This document shows, one piece after another, positions 47,440-56,345 of a stretch of 64,000 bases of DNA. The DNA comes from Candidatus Dojkabacteria bacterium (GTDB lineage Bacteria; Patescibacteriota; Dojkabacteria; JAHIVN01). The stretch spans positions 10,172-74,171 of the forward strand of contig JAFGDO010000030.1 of assembly GCA_016932045.1 (NCBI GenBank), read 5' to 3'. Under the pieces are notes generated by a model. That model was not told the DNA's origin. It was given only the letters and a program-made list of their open reading frames with translations, and ran no database searches. The position numbers were made by a program, and so were the translations under genes. Each line of letters starts with the position of its first letter. Within the stretch, counting starts at the first letter, position 1.

Positions 47440-48351
47440 ATGTACAAACTTATTACCGACCAACGTATCTTCATGAACACCAAAGTAGAATTTATAGCCT
47501 GGACTATGATAGATAGAGATACCGTTCACAAGATATTCGATCAAGGGTTTCAACAATTTCACTTTGTAATTGAGAGATTCTCACGTTTTGATGTAAAAAG
47601 TGAATTATCAAAGTTGAATAATTCGCATGGTAAAGAAACAAAAGTCTCAAAAGAACTATTTAAATTGATAAAATATGCACAAGAAATCGCAAATAAAACC
47701 GGTGGAGCTTTTGATCCAACAATTATAGATATTCTTGAAACTTATGGATATGACGAAGATTTCAATTTCGAAAGATTGGAGAACCGTGATTTAGTTCAAA
47801 GGGAAATAAAAAAGATAATAAAAGAAAGAGGTTCCTTTAAAGATATACGACTAAATCAAAACAGATCTTCGATAACATTGGTCAATAGACTCCGTATTGA
47901 CCTCGGAAGCATTGGAAAGGGTTACGCGATTGACCGAGCATATAAAAAAATGAAACCTTTAAAAAACTTTCTGATAAATGCAGGCGGAGACATAAGAGCA
48001 AGTGGAATTTCAAAGGACAAAAAACCTTGGCTGATTGGACTTAAAGTACCCCAAATGGGACAAATTGGGACGATTAGATTAGACAACAAGTCAGTTTGCT
48101 GTTCAGGAAGTTGGGCTAGAAAGGTAAAATTCTTTCACCATCTAATCAATCCGAAAACAGGTAACCCCCAAAATGATTTGAAAACAGTCTTTATTCTTGC
48201 AGATACAGCAATTGAAGCTGACGCCTGGTCAACAGCGCTTTTTGTTGCAGGAAAGGATGCAGAGAAATATATTACTAGATATAAACTTAAAGCAATTCTT
48301 GTAACAAAGAAAAACGAAGTCCAAAATTTCAATCTTATCCTGCAGACTTAG
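47440..48351 (+). CDS. apbE: FAD:protein FMN transferase ApbE
   Basis: 303 aa. GGAFDPTIIDILE, DLGSIGKGYAIDRA and GGDIRASG blocks typical of ApbE. Confidence 0.7.
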   Translation: MYKLITDQRIFMNTKVEFIAWTMIDRDTVHKIFDQGFQQFHFVIERFSRFDVKSELSKLNNSHGKETKVSKELFKLIKYAQEIANKTGGAFDPTIIDILETYGYDEDFNFERLENRDLVQREIKKIIKERGSFKDIRLNQNRSSITLVNRLRIDLGSIGKGYAIDRAYKKMKPLKNFLINAGGDIRASGISKDKKPWLIGLKVPQMGQIGTIRLDNKSVCCSGSWARKVKFFHHLINPKTGNPQNDLKTVFILADTAIEADAWSTALFVAGKDAEKYITRYKLKAILVTKKNEVQNFNLILQT

Positions 48352-48383
48352 TACCACAATACCCTCTATCAATGTGGTTCCAA

Positions 48384-48406
48384 CCAGAGATTGGAACCAG
48401 CTGCTT
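48384..48406. repeat. perfect 8-bp inverted repeat GGTTCCAA-ccagaga-TTGGAACC followed by mosaic motifs (TTGCCCTGAGCG, GTTGAAGG, GACTATCTAACTAT)
   Basis: Read from the sequence. The motifs recur elsewhere in the window. Confidence 0.5.
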
Positions 48407-48460
48407 GCCCTGAGCGTAGTTGAAGGATCTGACTATCTAACTATTCTCCTAATATCCCTG

Positions 48461-48469
48461 TGCTATAAT
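48461..48469 (+). promoter_or_regulatory. extended -10 element TGcTATAAT upstream of manC
   Basis: TGcTATAAT about 50 nt upstream of the 48519 start. Confidence 0.3.
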
Positions 48470-48518
48470 AGCCCAATTTACGTTCTTTATTTACTACCTA
48501 AGCTTTTAAGGACAATCA

Positions 48519-49607
48519 GTGAAAATCATAATCTTTGCAGGAGGCAGCGGGAAAAGATTCTGGCCAATTAGTAGAAAAAGTCTTCCCAAACAATTTATTC
48601 CGCTCTTTGATAACAAGTCAACTTTTCAACTTCAGATTGAAAGAGCCAAGGAAGTCGTTCCTCTGAAAGAAATCTTTGTTTCAACAAACAAAAGCCATCT
48701 ATCTTTAGTGAAAAAACAAGTCCCTAAATTGCCAAAAGAGAATATTTTTCTCGAACCGGAACGTAGAGATCTGCTTGCCGCTTTTGGTTATGCCTTGGTA
48801 CGCATAAAGCATGCAGGAGTCGGAACAGACGAACCAATTATATATCTTGCAAGCGATCATCTGATAAAGAGACCACATGTGTTTGTAAACTCTATAAAGG
48901 CTGCTGAGAAATTGATACTTGAAGACAGCAATAGATTTATTTACTGGGGGGAAAGACCGCTATATGCTACAAATAATCTTGGCTGGATACACATAGGAGA
49001 TAGAATTAAAAGTATAAATAAAATTGACGTTGCCAAATTCAAGGGATGGATTTATAGACCTGAGATAGAAAAGTGCAGACGCATGTTCAAAACCGGAAAG
49101 TGGATTTGGAATGTAAATTATGAAATGTTTACCATTGATTTTGCACTCAAGAAGTATAAAAAACACTTTCCCGAATTCTATAAAAAGATAAAAATCATAG
49201 AAGAAAGCCTCGGAACAAAGCAAGAGGTCGAAACAGTAAATAAGATTTACCCTACTTTCGAAATGTTACATTCAGACGAGCTGTGGAAAAGTGCTAAACC
49301 AAATGAGGCCGTTGTCTTGAGTTTAAATCTCGGCTGGACAGATCCCGGTACCTTGTTTGCACTTAAACAAGTTTTAGAGGAAAGTAAAAGAGATAATGTC
49401 ACAAAAGGCAAAGTATACAACTATCAGTCCAAGAATTGTCTGGTTTTTAACTACGAAAAGTCCAAGTTCGTAGCAACCATGAATCTGGAGGGGATGGTTG
49501 TTGTAAACACGAAAGATGCAATTCTCGTAGTTGACAAGGACCACGTAAGATTTATTGGGGACATGCTAAAGGAGTTTGAAGGAACAAAATTTGAAGAATA
49601 TTTATAA
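48519..49607 (+). CDS. manC: mannose-1-phosphate guanylyltransferase (GDP-mannose pyrophosphorylase)
   Basis: 362 aa. N-terminal IIFAGGSGKRFWP nucleotidyltransferase motif. Length fits the ManC/CpsB type. Confidence 0.7.
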   Translation: MKIIIFAGGSGKRFWPISRKSLPKQFIPLFDNKSTFQLQIERAKEVVPLKEIFVSTNKSHLSLVKKQVPKLPKENIFLEPERRDLLAAFGYALVRIKHAGVGTDEPIIYLASDHLIKRPHVFVNSIKAAEKLILEDSNRFIYWGERPLYATNNLGWIHIGDRIKSINKIDVAKFKGWIYRPEIEKCRRMFKTGKWIWNVNYEMFTIDFALKKYKKHFPEFYKKIKIIEESLGTKQEVETVNKIYPTFEMLHSDELWKSAKPNEAVVLSLNLGWTDPGTLFALKQVLEESKRDNVTKGKVYNYQSKNCLVFNYEKSKFVATMNLEGMVVVNTKDAILVVDKDHVRFIGDMLKEFEGTKFEEYL

Positions 49608-50162
49608 TTTAAAAATCTCGGGATACTTTATTGACGCTATTGAGAGTAAAGCAATTGTATCGGATGCATAGATCTTTCCATTCTTTATCATTTCATAGAC
49701 TTCTTTTAGTGGAAATGTCCTAACTTGGATCTCTTCTGTTTCATCTAACTTCTGCTTTGAATTAAACTCAACATCTCGAGCCAAAAAACCGTAAACTCGA
49801 GTCGAGTCTTTTGTCGGTGCGGGACAAATACACCCCAATGAAATAAGATCTGCTGTCTTTATTCCGGTCTCCTCTTCCAACTCCAAGATCGCTAAGTCTT
49901 CTATTGAAGACTCCTTCTTTATCCTTCCCGCAGGTAATTCGAAAATGATTTCATCAACTCCAGGCTTATATTGCTCTACAAAAATAATCTCTCTATTCCC
50001 CGTAACAGGAAGAACCATTGCAACATCTCCAAGGCGCGAAATGTAGAAGTCGTCATACACCTTGCCATTTGGTAGCTTCACTTTTTGTTTAAAAAGAGGA
50101 AACCATGGACTTGGTGAGATATCTTCTTCTGATAGAATCTTCCACTTTTTTAATTTTTTCAT
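49602..50162 (-). CDS. NUDIX hydrolase (ADP-ribose pyrophosphatase-like)
   Basis: Nudix box GRIKKESSIEDLAILELEEETGI. Confidence 0.7.
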   Translation of the reverse strand: MKKLKKWKILSEEDISPSPWFPLFKQKVKLPNGKVYDDFYISRLGDVAMVLPVTGNREIIFVEQYKPGVDEIIFELPAGRIKKESSIEDLAILELEEETGIKTADLISLGCICPAPTKDSTRVYGFLARDVEFNSKQKLDETEEIQVRTFPLKEVYEMIKNGKIYASDTIALLSIASIKYPEIFKL

Positions 50163-50174
50163 CGTATACGAAAT

Positions 50175-50630
50175 CTACACTTCTGATTTCATTAAATAAT
50201 CTTGAATAATATCTCTATGATCAAATGCCAAGTTTTTTGGTAATTTATCAACAGGAAAAAACTTTATCTCTAAAGCATCATCCCCGGCTCTTAATTCCCC
50301 TTTAGTATCAACTGCATAGGCAACATTTATCACCTGCCTTGGATGTCTTTGCGGGTCACTATACACCCCTATCAAATGTAAACTTTTTACAACTAAACCT
50401 ACTTCCTCCCTTACTTCTCTTTTCACACAAGCCTCTACGCTTTCATCCCATTCAACATATCCTCCTACGAGTCCCCAGAATCCTTTAAAAGGTTCAACAC
50501 CTCGTTTTATACATAAGATTTCATCCTTGTTGTTTGTGATCACGGCATCAATACTTACTCCCCTATTTATAAAGTATCCACAATTACATGGCTGTTTTTT
50601 AGGAGGAAAGGAAAAACTCATAATTTTCAA
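50175..50630 (-). CDS. NUDIX hydrolase
   Basis: Nudix box GGYVEWDESVEACVKREVREEVGL. Confidence 0.7.
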   Translation of the reverse strand: MKIMSFSFPPKKQPCNCGYFINRGVSIDAVITNNKDEILCIKRGVEPFKGFWGLVGGYVEWDESVEACVKREVREEVGLVVKSLHLIGVYSDPQRHPRQVINVAYAVDTKGELRAGDDALEIKFFPVDKLPKNLAFDHRDIIQDYLMKSEV

Positions 50631-50643
50631 TTACAACAAAAAT

Positions 50644-51609
50644 TTACCTGGCGAACTTTTTTATAAATTCAGCTAACATAGAAGCAATGCCAATAATTTT
50701 CAATCGTCCAAACTTCCTTTTAGGATCTAGGTGAACTGCATCTGTAATGAAAATTCTATCAATATAACTTTTCTTTAATTTATCGGTAGTTTCAGGAACG
50801 ATCAGATGGGTAACACAATCATAATATTTCTTTGCTCCTTCCTTCTTCAGAAAGTCACACCCTTTTATCCTTGTTCCTCCGGTACTGACAAAGTCGTCAA
50901 ACGAGATAACATTCTTGCCTTTCACATCACCTGCCAGTTTGTGAAATGTTACTTCCCCTGTCTTCCTATCACGGGTCTTGTCAAAGCGAACAAGTGGAAG
51001 ATTTAATCTTTCAGAGAATTCTTTAGCCCTTTCTAAAGCACCATTGTCTAGAGCAACTGAAACCCAGTCCCCTTTGAGATTCCCCTTAAAGTAATTGATA
51101 AAGGTCGACATCGCTGATAAATGATGCACTTTTTTCTTAAACATTTTTAAAACGTCAGTTGAGTGAATATCTACAACAAAAAATTCGTTTATAGATGTCG
51201 CTTCAAGCATCTTTATGATTACCTTTGATGATAAAGGTTCACCAGTTCTGAAAATTTTATCCTGTGGAGAATATCCGAACCAAGGCATTATAGCTACAAT
51301 TCTTTTTGCCCCTTTCCTTCTTGCTGCATCTGCAATTAAAGCAAGTTCAATTATGTATCTTTCCGCCTGACCAATAGTTGATTGCATTATAAATACGACT
51401 TTATCTTCTATATCTTCAAGAATTCGGATACGAATTTCTCTATTTGGAAATTCCTGAAGCTCAACTTTTCCAAGCTTGATGTTTAATTCTCGTGCTGTCT
51501 TGAGGGCTAATGGGCGGTTAGAAGAACCTGAAAGAAGCACATAACTTCTCATCTTGTTTGTACTTAAAGTTAATGCAAGAATGATATCTAAAGTGGTAGA
51601 ATAAATCAA
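50644..51609 (-). CDS. prs: ribose-phosphate pyrophosphokinase (PRPP synthase)
   Basis: LLSGSSNRPLA N-terminus; PRPP-binding and flexible loop regions. Likely start at Met 51552. Confidence 0.85.
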   Translation of the reverse strand: MIYSTTLDIILALTLSTNKMRSYVLLSGSSNRPLALKTARELNIKLGKVELQEFPNREIRIRILEDIEDKVVFIMQSTIGQAERYIIELALIADAARRKGAKRIVAIMPWFGYSPQDKIFRTGEPLSSKVIIKMLEATSINEFFVVDIHSTDVLKMFKKKVHHLSAMSTFINYFKGNLKGDWVSVALDNGALERAKEFSERLNLPLVRFDKTRDRKTGEVTFHKLAGDVKGKNVISFDDFVSTGGTRIKGCDFLKKEGAKKYYDCVTHLIVPETTDKLKKSYIDRIFITDAVHLDPKRKFGRLKIIGIASMLAEFIKKFAR

Positions 51610-51665
51610 AAGGGGAAAAAGTAAAAAGTATTATGTATAAGTAAGCAGTTTAGTTATCCGACTAT

Positions 51666-52193
51666 CTAACTATATAATTTCTCTATCTTTCCAATCCTCC
51701 TTCTATGCCTTCCCCCTTCAAATCCGGTCTCAAGGAAAATATCAATTAAATCCTTTACATCTTTTAATTTATTTGGTTTTAGACCAAGGTCTAAAAGATT
51801 TTTATAATCCTTACTCTTTAACCTTCTAGTATTGATATTTTTCAAATTGAGTCCACCAAGACATAAAACGTTCAAATCATTATGAAGCCTTGCTAAAAGC
51901 ACCTGAGCTCTTGTAAGTAATGGTGCTGCTCTTATCCCTTTAGTTTTGTTTGCAGTAATTGCCATAGCAATACCTGTACCGCATATCAAGATACCACGCT
52001 TCTTCTCCTTTGCCACATTTCCGGCGAGCAAATGCGCAACATCTGGATAGTCATCCTTGGTATCAAAAGTTGGCGAAAGATCTTCAACCATTATACCTTT
52101 AGATTCTAGATATTCCTTTATCTCTTTTTTAAGATGAAATCCTCCGTGATCAGAGGCAATAAAAAGGTTCATAAAAAATACAGGTAAGACCAT
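51666..52193 (-). CDS. rpiB: ribose-5-phosphate isomerase B
   Basis: IASDHGG and ICGTGIAMAITANK motifs. Likely start at Met 52172. Confidence 0.8.
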   Translation of the reverse strand: MVLPVFFMNLFIASDHGGFHLKKEIKEYLESKGIMVEDLSPTFDTKDDYPDVAHLLAGNVAKEKKRGILICGTGIAMAITANKTKGIRAAPLLTRAQVLLARLHNDLNVLCLGGLNLKNINTRRLKSKDYKNLLDLGLKPNKLKDVKDLIDIFLETGFEGGRHRRRIGKIEKLYS

Positions 52194-52207
52194 TAAGATC
52201 TTTCACT

Positions 52208-53638
52208 TTATTCACCACAAGAAGGTGCAGTCATTAAACTTACAATCTGATCGTAAATACCATCCTCCTCTTCAGTATATCCCCCATAAAACCTGCCAAT
52301 TATATTTATTCTTTCTCCACATGCATCTTCTAAATTGTCTTCTGGATAATAACAGCTCGAACAAGCTTCTGCTCTCTCGTCAAGCCCATCATGATAAAAG
52401 GTAATAGCAACCTCAGAATATTTCTCTTTTATACAATCAACAGGAGAGGCCTTTAAATCACAATAAACAAATCCCTTTTTATTCGACTGTCCCCAAAATG
52501 TCATCTTTTCCTCCTCATAGTTTTTATCTTTATCAAAAGCATAAGAAGCAAAACCAACTGGATATTCTATTTGAAGTTTATTTCCACTACCTCTCTTTCT
52601 TATCTCAACTGTTGCCCCTTTTGAACGTGGGTAACATCCTCCCTCACCTTCCTGTCCTGGACATACTATTTCTTCGGATTCATTCAATTCCCAATCAGAA
52701 GGATAATTTACAGTATAACCATAAACAGGACTTGTATATGTCTTCCATCCCTCTACGCCCTGAGATTCTACTGTTGGAGCATCCTCTGCATTTTCTTCAG
52801 CCTTTAATTCGAATGAATTCGTAATCTTATCCATTATTTCCAACATCCCCTTTAACTTGTCGTCTCCTTTTTGAGGCAGATCCGAGTAATCATCCTCTTG
52901 CGAATTGTATGTATAGATGATACTAAAATAACTGCCTGAAATATCATCATACGCATCTCCCGGTCCAAACCCCGGAATAGCTATATCTATCCCAGTACTC
53001 TCATCAGCTTTTCTAAAAAGCACACTATTTCCCCAAGCATTATCTCCAAAATCCCAGTTAAGTCCCCCTTCTTCGTAATAACTCTTGGCTTCACTAGACG
53101 AGTAATAATAAGTCACCATATCTGAATCATACCCTGCCGGAGAAACTGTTGATTCTTCTGACACAGAAGGTGGAAAAACAGCATCAAATAAGTATCCCCA
53201 ACCCCCTCCAGTATAAACAGGATCTATCTCTAATCTCCAAACATAGTTGTCCTTCTCAACTACAATCAAACCACACATCCAATATTCTTCATCCTCATCA
53301 CATTCATCTAGTGTATCGGTTAGCTCCCAGTAACTTGGATACTGAAAACTAAATCCATAATCTTCATTCTCATATAATTTCCAACCTTCATATGGATCTT
53401 GTACCAAATCTTGAACCTCATCAGGCTCACTTGGAGCCTCTTCCTTAGTCTTCAGTATAAGATAAATCCCTGCCCCAATTCCGGCTGTGATAAGAAGTAC
53501 AAACAGGACAGCAGCACAAACAATTATTATCCTATTTGAACGTTTAGGGATTTCTGGAAACTGTCCTGTATTCTGAGTACTCTGCTTTAGAGTCTGTGAC
53601 TGGTCCTGAATAGCCTGTTTTAGTTCCTGCATATCCAA
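52208..53638 (-). CDS. hypothetical membrane-anchored acidic extracellular protein with two repeated EGWK.Y....YG(F/Y)...YPS.WEL modules
   Basis: 476 aa. N-terminal TM (IIIVCAAVLFVLLITAGIGAGIYLIL). Internal duplication seen by eye. Confidence 0.45.
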   Translation of the reverse strand: MDMQELKQAIQDQSQTLKQSTQNTGQFPEIPKRSNRIIIVCAAVLFVLLITAGIGAGIYLILKTKEEAPSEPDEVQDLVQDPYEGWKLYENEDYGFSFQYPSYWELTDTLDECDEDEEYWMCGLIVVEKDNYVWRLEIDPVYTGGGWGYLFDAVFPPSVSEESTVSPAGYDSDMVTYYYSSSEAKSYYEEGGLNWDFGDNAWGNSVLFRKADESTGIDIAIPGFGPGDAYDDISGSYFSIIYTYNSQEDDYSDLPQKGDDKLKGMLEIMDKITNSFELKAEENAEDAPTVESQGVEGWKTYTSPVYGYTVNYPSDWELNESEEIVCPGQEGEGGCYPRSKGATVEIRKRGSGNKLQIEYPVGFASYAFDKDKNYEEEKMTFWGQSNKKGFVYCDLKASPVDCIKEKYSEVAITFYHDGLDERAEACSSCYYPEDNLEDACGERINIIGRFYGGYTEEEDGIYDQIVSLMTAPSCGE

Positions 53639-53738
53639 AAGAACTAAAGTTAAATTGATTTTTACAATATAACACAGGAAGAGTGAAAAAGTAACCAGCT
53701 GCCACTTGGTGCCTTTTACCTTTCACCATATACAATCT

Positions 53739-54110
53739 CTACTTCGCCATTTTTTGAGCTAGACTCATGAGAAGAATCCCCGAAATGATCACAAACATAC
53801 CAACTCCCTTTAGAATCGACATCGGTTCTCTTTTGAGAAATACAACCATTACAACGCTTAGCATAAGAAAAGTAAGTCCGGTCATGAGTGGATAAACAAA
53901 TGTGATATCAAGTTTTTTGCTGATCACTGTTGAGAGTATGAAGGTCAGACCAAAAAAGAAAAGTCCCACAATAAGTTTCCAACCAGATTTAATAATGTTA
54001 AGAATTCCTCCACTTAAGGTTATGTCTCCAGCGCCAAGTTTTAAAAATACCTGTCCCACTGTATTAACAATAGCTGTAATAGGAATTAGCAGATAGAATA
54101 ATGCTTTCAT
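53739..54110 (-). CDS. 4-TM small DMT-superfamily (EamA/ArnE-like) transporter
   Basis: 123 aa, four hydrophobic helices, GQVFLK motif as in EamA-like half-transporters. Confidence 0.5.
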   Translation of the reverse strand: MKALFYLLIPITAIVNTVGQVFLKLGAGDITLSGGILNIIKSGWKLIVGLFFFGLTFILSTVISKKLDITFVYPLMTGLTFLMLSVVMVVFLKREPMSILKGVGMFVIISGILLMSLAQKMAK

Positions 54111-54268
54111 ATAAAGTGAATAACAAATAAAATCCTAAATTCTAATATCTAAACTCTGGACAAATACAAATTGCAAAAAATCCGAATGCTTAAATTAAAA
54201 CTGATTTAGGGTTTTGTAAATTCGAATTCTGGATTTGTTTAGAAATTAGGATTTAGAAATTAAAAAAA

Positions 54269-55369
54269 TTAATCAGTTCTCGGCTCATACTCTGCAAACA
54301 TCTTCCCCCAGTCAGTTTCTCTAATCCACTTATTATAAATACTCTTCTCATTAACATTCCACCTGAAATAATCATGGTAAACCTCTGACCAAAGAATTGG
54401 TATATTTACAAGGGGTGTACGGAAGATAAGTTTTTGCAAGAACTTTGTCGGCCCATACCAGCCCAGCCAAGCGAGTTTCTTGTGCATTGTCGTTCCTACT
54501 TCAAAACCCCAATTCTCATCAGCAAGATCTGCATCTCCAGCAACTTCAATCTCACTTGGATTTCCAACACCAAGACCTTGTTCATGGGCCATTCGTATAT
54601 ATTTTATCTTCATTGGGTCAAAGCCCATCATCTTTGCTGAGACCGCATCAATTGCTACCTGATCTCTACTAGCTAAGATTACATTCTTCACTTCCGGTAT
54701 CAGTGTTCTTGGTCCTGGACCATTCCCAGCAGTCGTTCCGTCCATTACAGCAAAAATCCCCGAGTGAATTTCCTTTTGAATCGCAAGCAGATCAACAAGT
54801 GTCTCGTGAATCCACGTATGTGTATAGTGTCTTCTCTTCGTTAGTAATCCTCCAAAAGCATTCTTCATAGCGCCAGTTGTTGTAGTGTAAATATGACACT
54901 TAACTGTTGGGAGATGAAGTATACTTTTATTTTTGAAATAAGAGGGAATACTAATGCCTTCCGGGAATATCTTATGAAGAACATTCATCTTTGTCTTCGG
55001 CTCATAAATCTCCCATTTTATATCTTCATCTTTAAAGTTAAAGAGAACTGGAATCTCATACTTTTTAAAGATTGGCTTATATTTGTTGAGGTCTTCACCT
55101 TTAAACGCATTTGTAACTACTGTCTGATTTTGCACACAAGATATTTTCTTATAACCGGAACTTCTCAAAGCCTTTATAACTCCTTCTAATTGCCATGGAG
55201 TTGTATTCGCAGATGGCATTGGAAGATGCCAGGAAATATTATCTTTCAGAATAACCTCTTTATTTTTAGGCAGTTCTTCCGCAAAATCCGCAAGTTTCAT
55301 AAGCTTTTCATGATCAGCAAGAACTGTCTTTGGATTTGTTCTGAGAATCGCAACTTTTGATTTCTTCAT
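54269..55369 (-). CDS. DUF362 domain protein
   Basis: 366 aa. LHLPTVKCHIYTTTTGAMKN and ILASRDQVAIDAV blocks. Paralog of 18235..19053. Confidence 0.6.
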   Translation of the reverse strand: MKKSKVAILRTNPKTVLADHEKLMKLADFAEELPKNKEVILKDNISWHLPMPSANTTPWQLEGVIKALRSSGYKKISCVQNQTVVTNAFKGEDLNKYKPIFKKYEIPVLFNFKDEDIKWEIYEPKTKMNVLHKIFPEGISIPSYFKNKSILHLPTVKCHIYTTTTGAMKNAFGGLLTKRRHYTHTWIHETLVDLLAIQKEIHSGIFAVMDGTTAGNGPGPRTLIPEVKNVILASRDQVAIDAVSAKMMGFDPMKIKYIRMAHEQGLGVGNPSEIEVAGDADLADENWGFEVGTTMHKKLAWLGWYGPTKFLQKLIFRTPLVNIPILWSEVYHDYFRWNVNEKSIYNKWIRETDWGKMFAEYEPRTD

Positions 55370-55412
55370 GCCTCTTGATTCATATGTAAATTAAGATGGA
55401 TGCCATTCAAAA

Positions 55413-56279
55413 TTATTCATAAAAATAAATTAGCGCCATAGATATTAATCCCCAAACAACTACAGTCAAAAGAAGTGGCCAGTCCTTAAGTAAGGTTTCT
55501 GTTGGACTCTCACCCTTATCCTTCTCGTGCACAAGATACAGATATCTAAATATGCCATATATTACTAGAGGAATGGTAAATATAAAGTACTTGGTATGAA
55601 ATGTATTAAATGTGTAGAATATATAACTCACGAGAACAGCTGGTATCACAATATTTGACATTTGGTCTAATAACTCGATGCTGTAATTATCCAGCACTTT
55701 TCTAGTTTTACCACCACTTTTTGATATCTCAACGAATTCCTGCCTCCTTTTCATAATCGCTAAAAATATGGTCAAGAGAAATGTGATCACAAGAAACCAA
55801 ACTGAGTTCTCGACACCAATTGCATATGCTCCTCCCACTGCACGAAGTACAAAACCTGCAGCAACCATTAAAATGTCAATAATTACAATGTGCTTGAATC
55901 CGAAAGAATACAAAAAGTTGATTAGAAAATAAAATAGAAGTACAAGAGTTAAATAAGGACTCACAATAAGTGAGGTAGCTAATGTTCCTGAAATAAAAAG
56001 GATTGCTAATAATACAGCCGCCCCCCTACTTAACCTTCCGGAAGCAATGGGACGATTCTTCTTTATGGGATGTGCCCTATCAGCATCATAATCCATCACA
56101 TCATTTATCAGATACACACTGCTTGCTGCAAATGAAAATAAAAAAAACGCAGATATAGCAAGAATTATAGATTTGATATCTGTAAACTTTTCAGCAAAAA
56201 TTAGAGCCGGAAAAACAAATATATTCTTGACCCAGTGTTTTAGACGAAGAGATTTTATGATTGCGAAAATTGTATCCAT
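55413..56279 (-). CDS. UbiA-family prenyltransferase with decaprenyl-phosphate phosphoribosyltransferase-like Asp-rich motif
   Basis: 288 aa, about 8 TM. NDVMDYDADRAHPIKKNRPIASG motif; by recollection (no alignment) this closely resembles the DPPR-synthase branch of UbiA. Confidence 0.65.
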   Translation of the reverse strand: MDTIFAIIKSLRLKHWVKNIFVFPALIFAEKFTDIKSIILAISAFFLFSFAASSVYLINDVMDYDADRAHPIKKNRPIASGRLSRGAAVLLAILFISGTLATSLIVSPYLTLVLLFYFLINFLYSFGFKHIVIIDILMVAAGFVLRAVGGAYAIGVENSVWFLVITFLLTIFLAIMKRRQEFVEISKSGGKTRKVLDNYSIELLDQMSNIVIPAVLVSYIFYTFNTFHTKYFIFTIPLVIYGIFRYLYLVHEKDKGESPTETLLKDWPLLLTVVVWGLISMALIYFYE

Positions 56280-56345
56280 AGCAAAAGGCTTGAGGCTTAA
56301 ATTATTCTTTCAACTAAATTAGTTTATACCAAAAACAGTGTTTAT

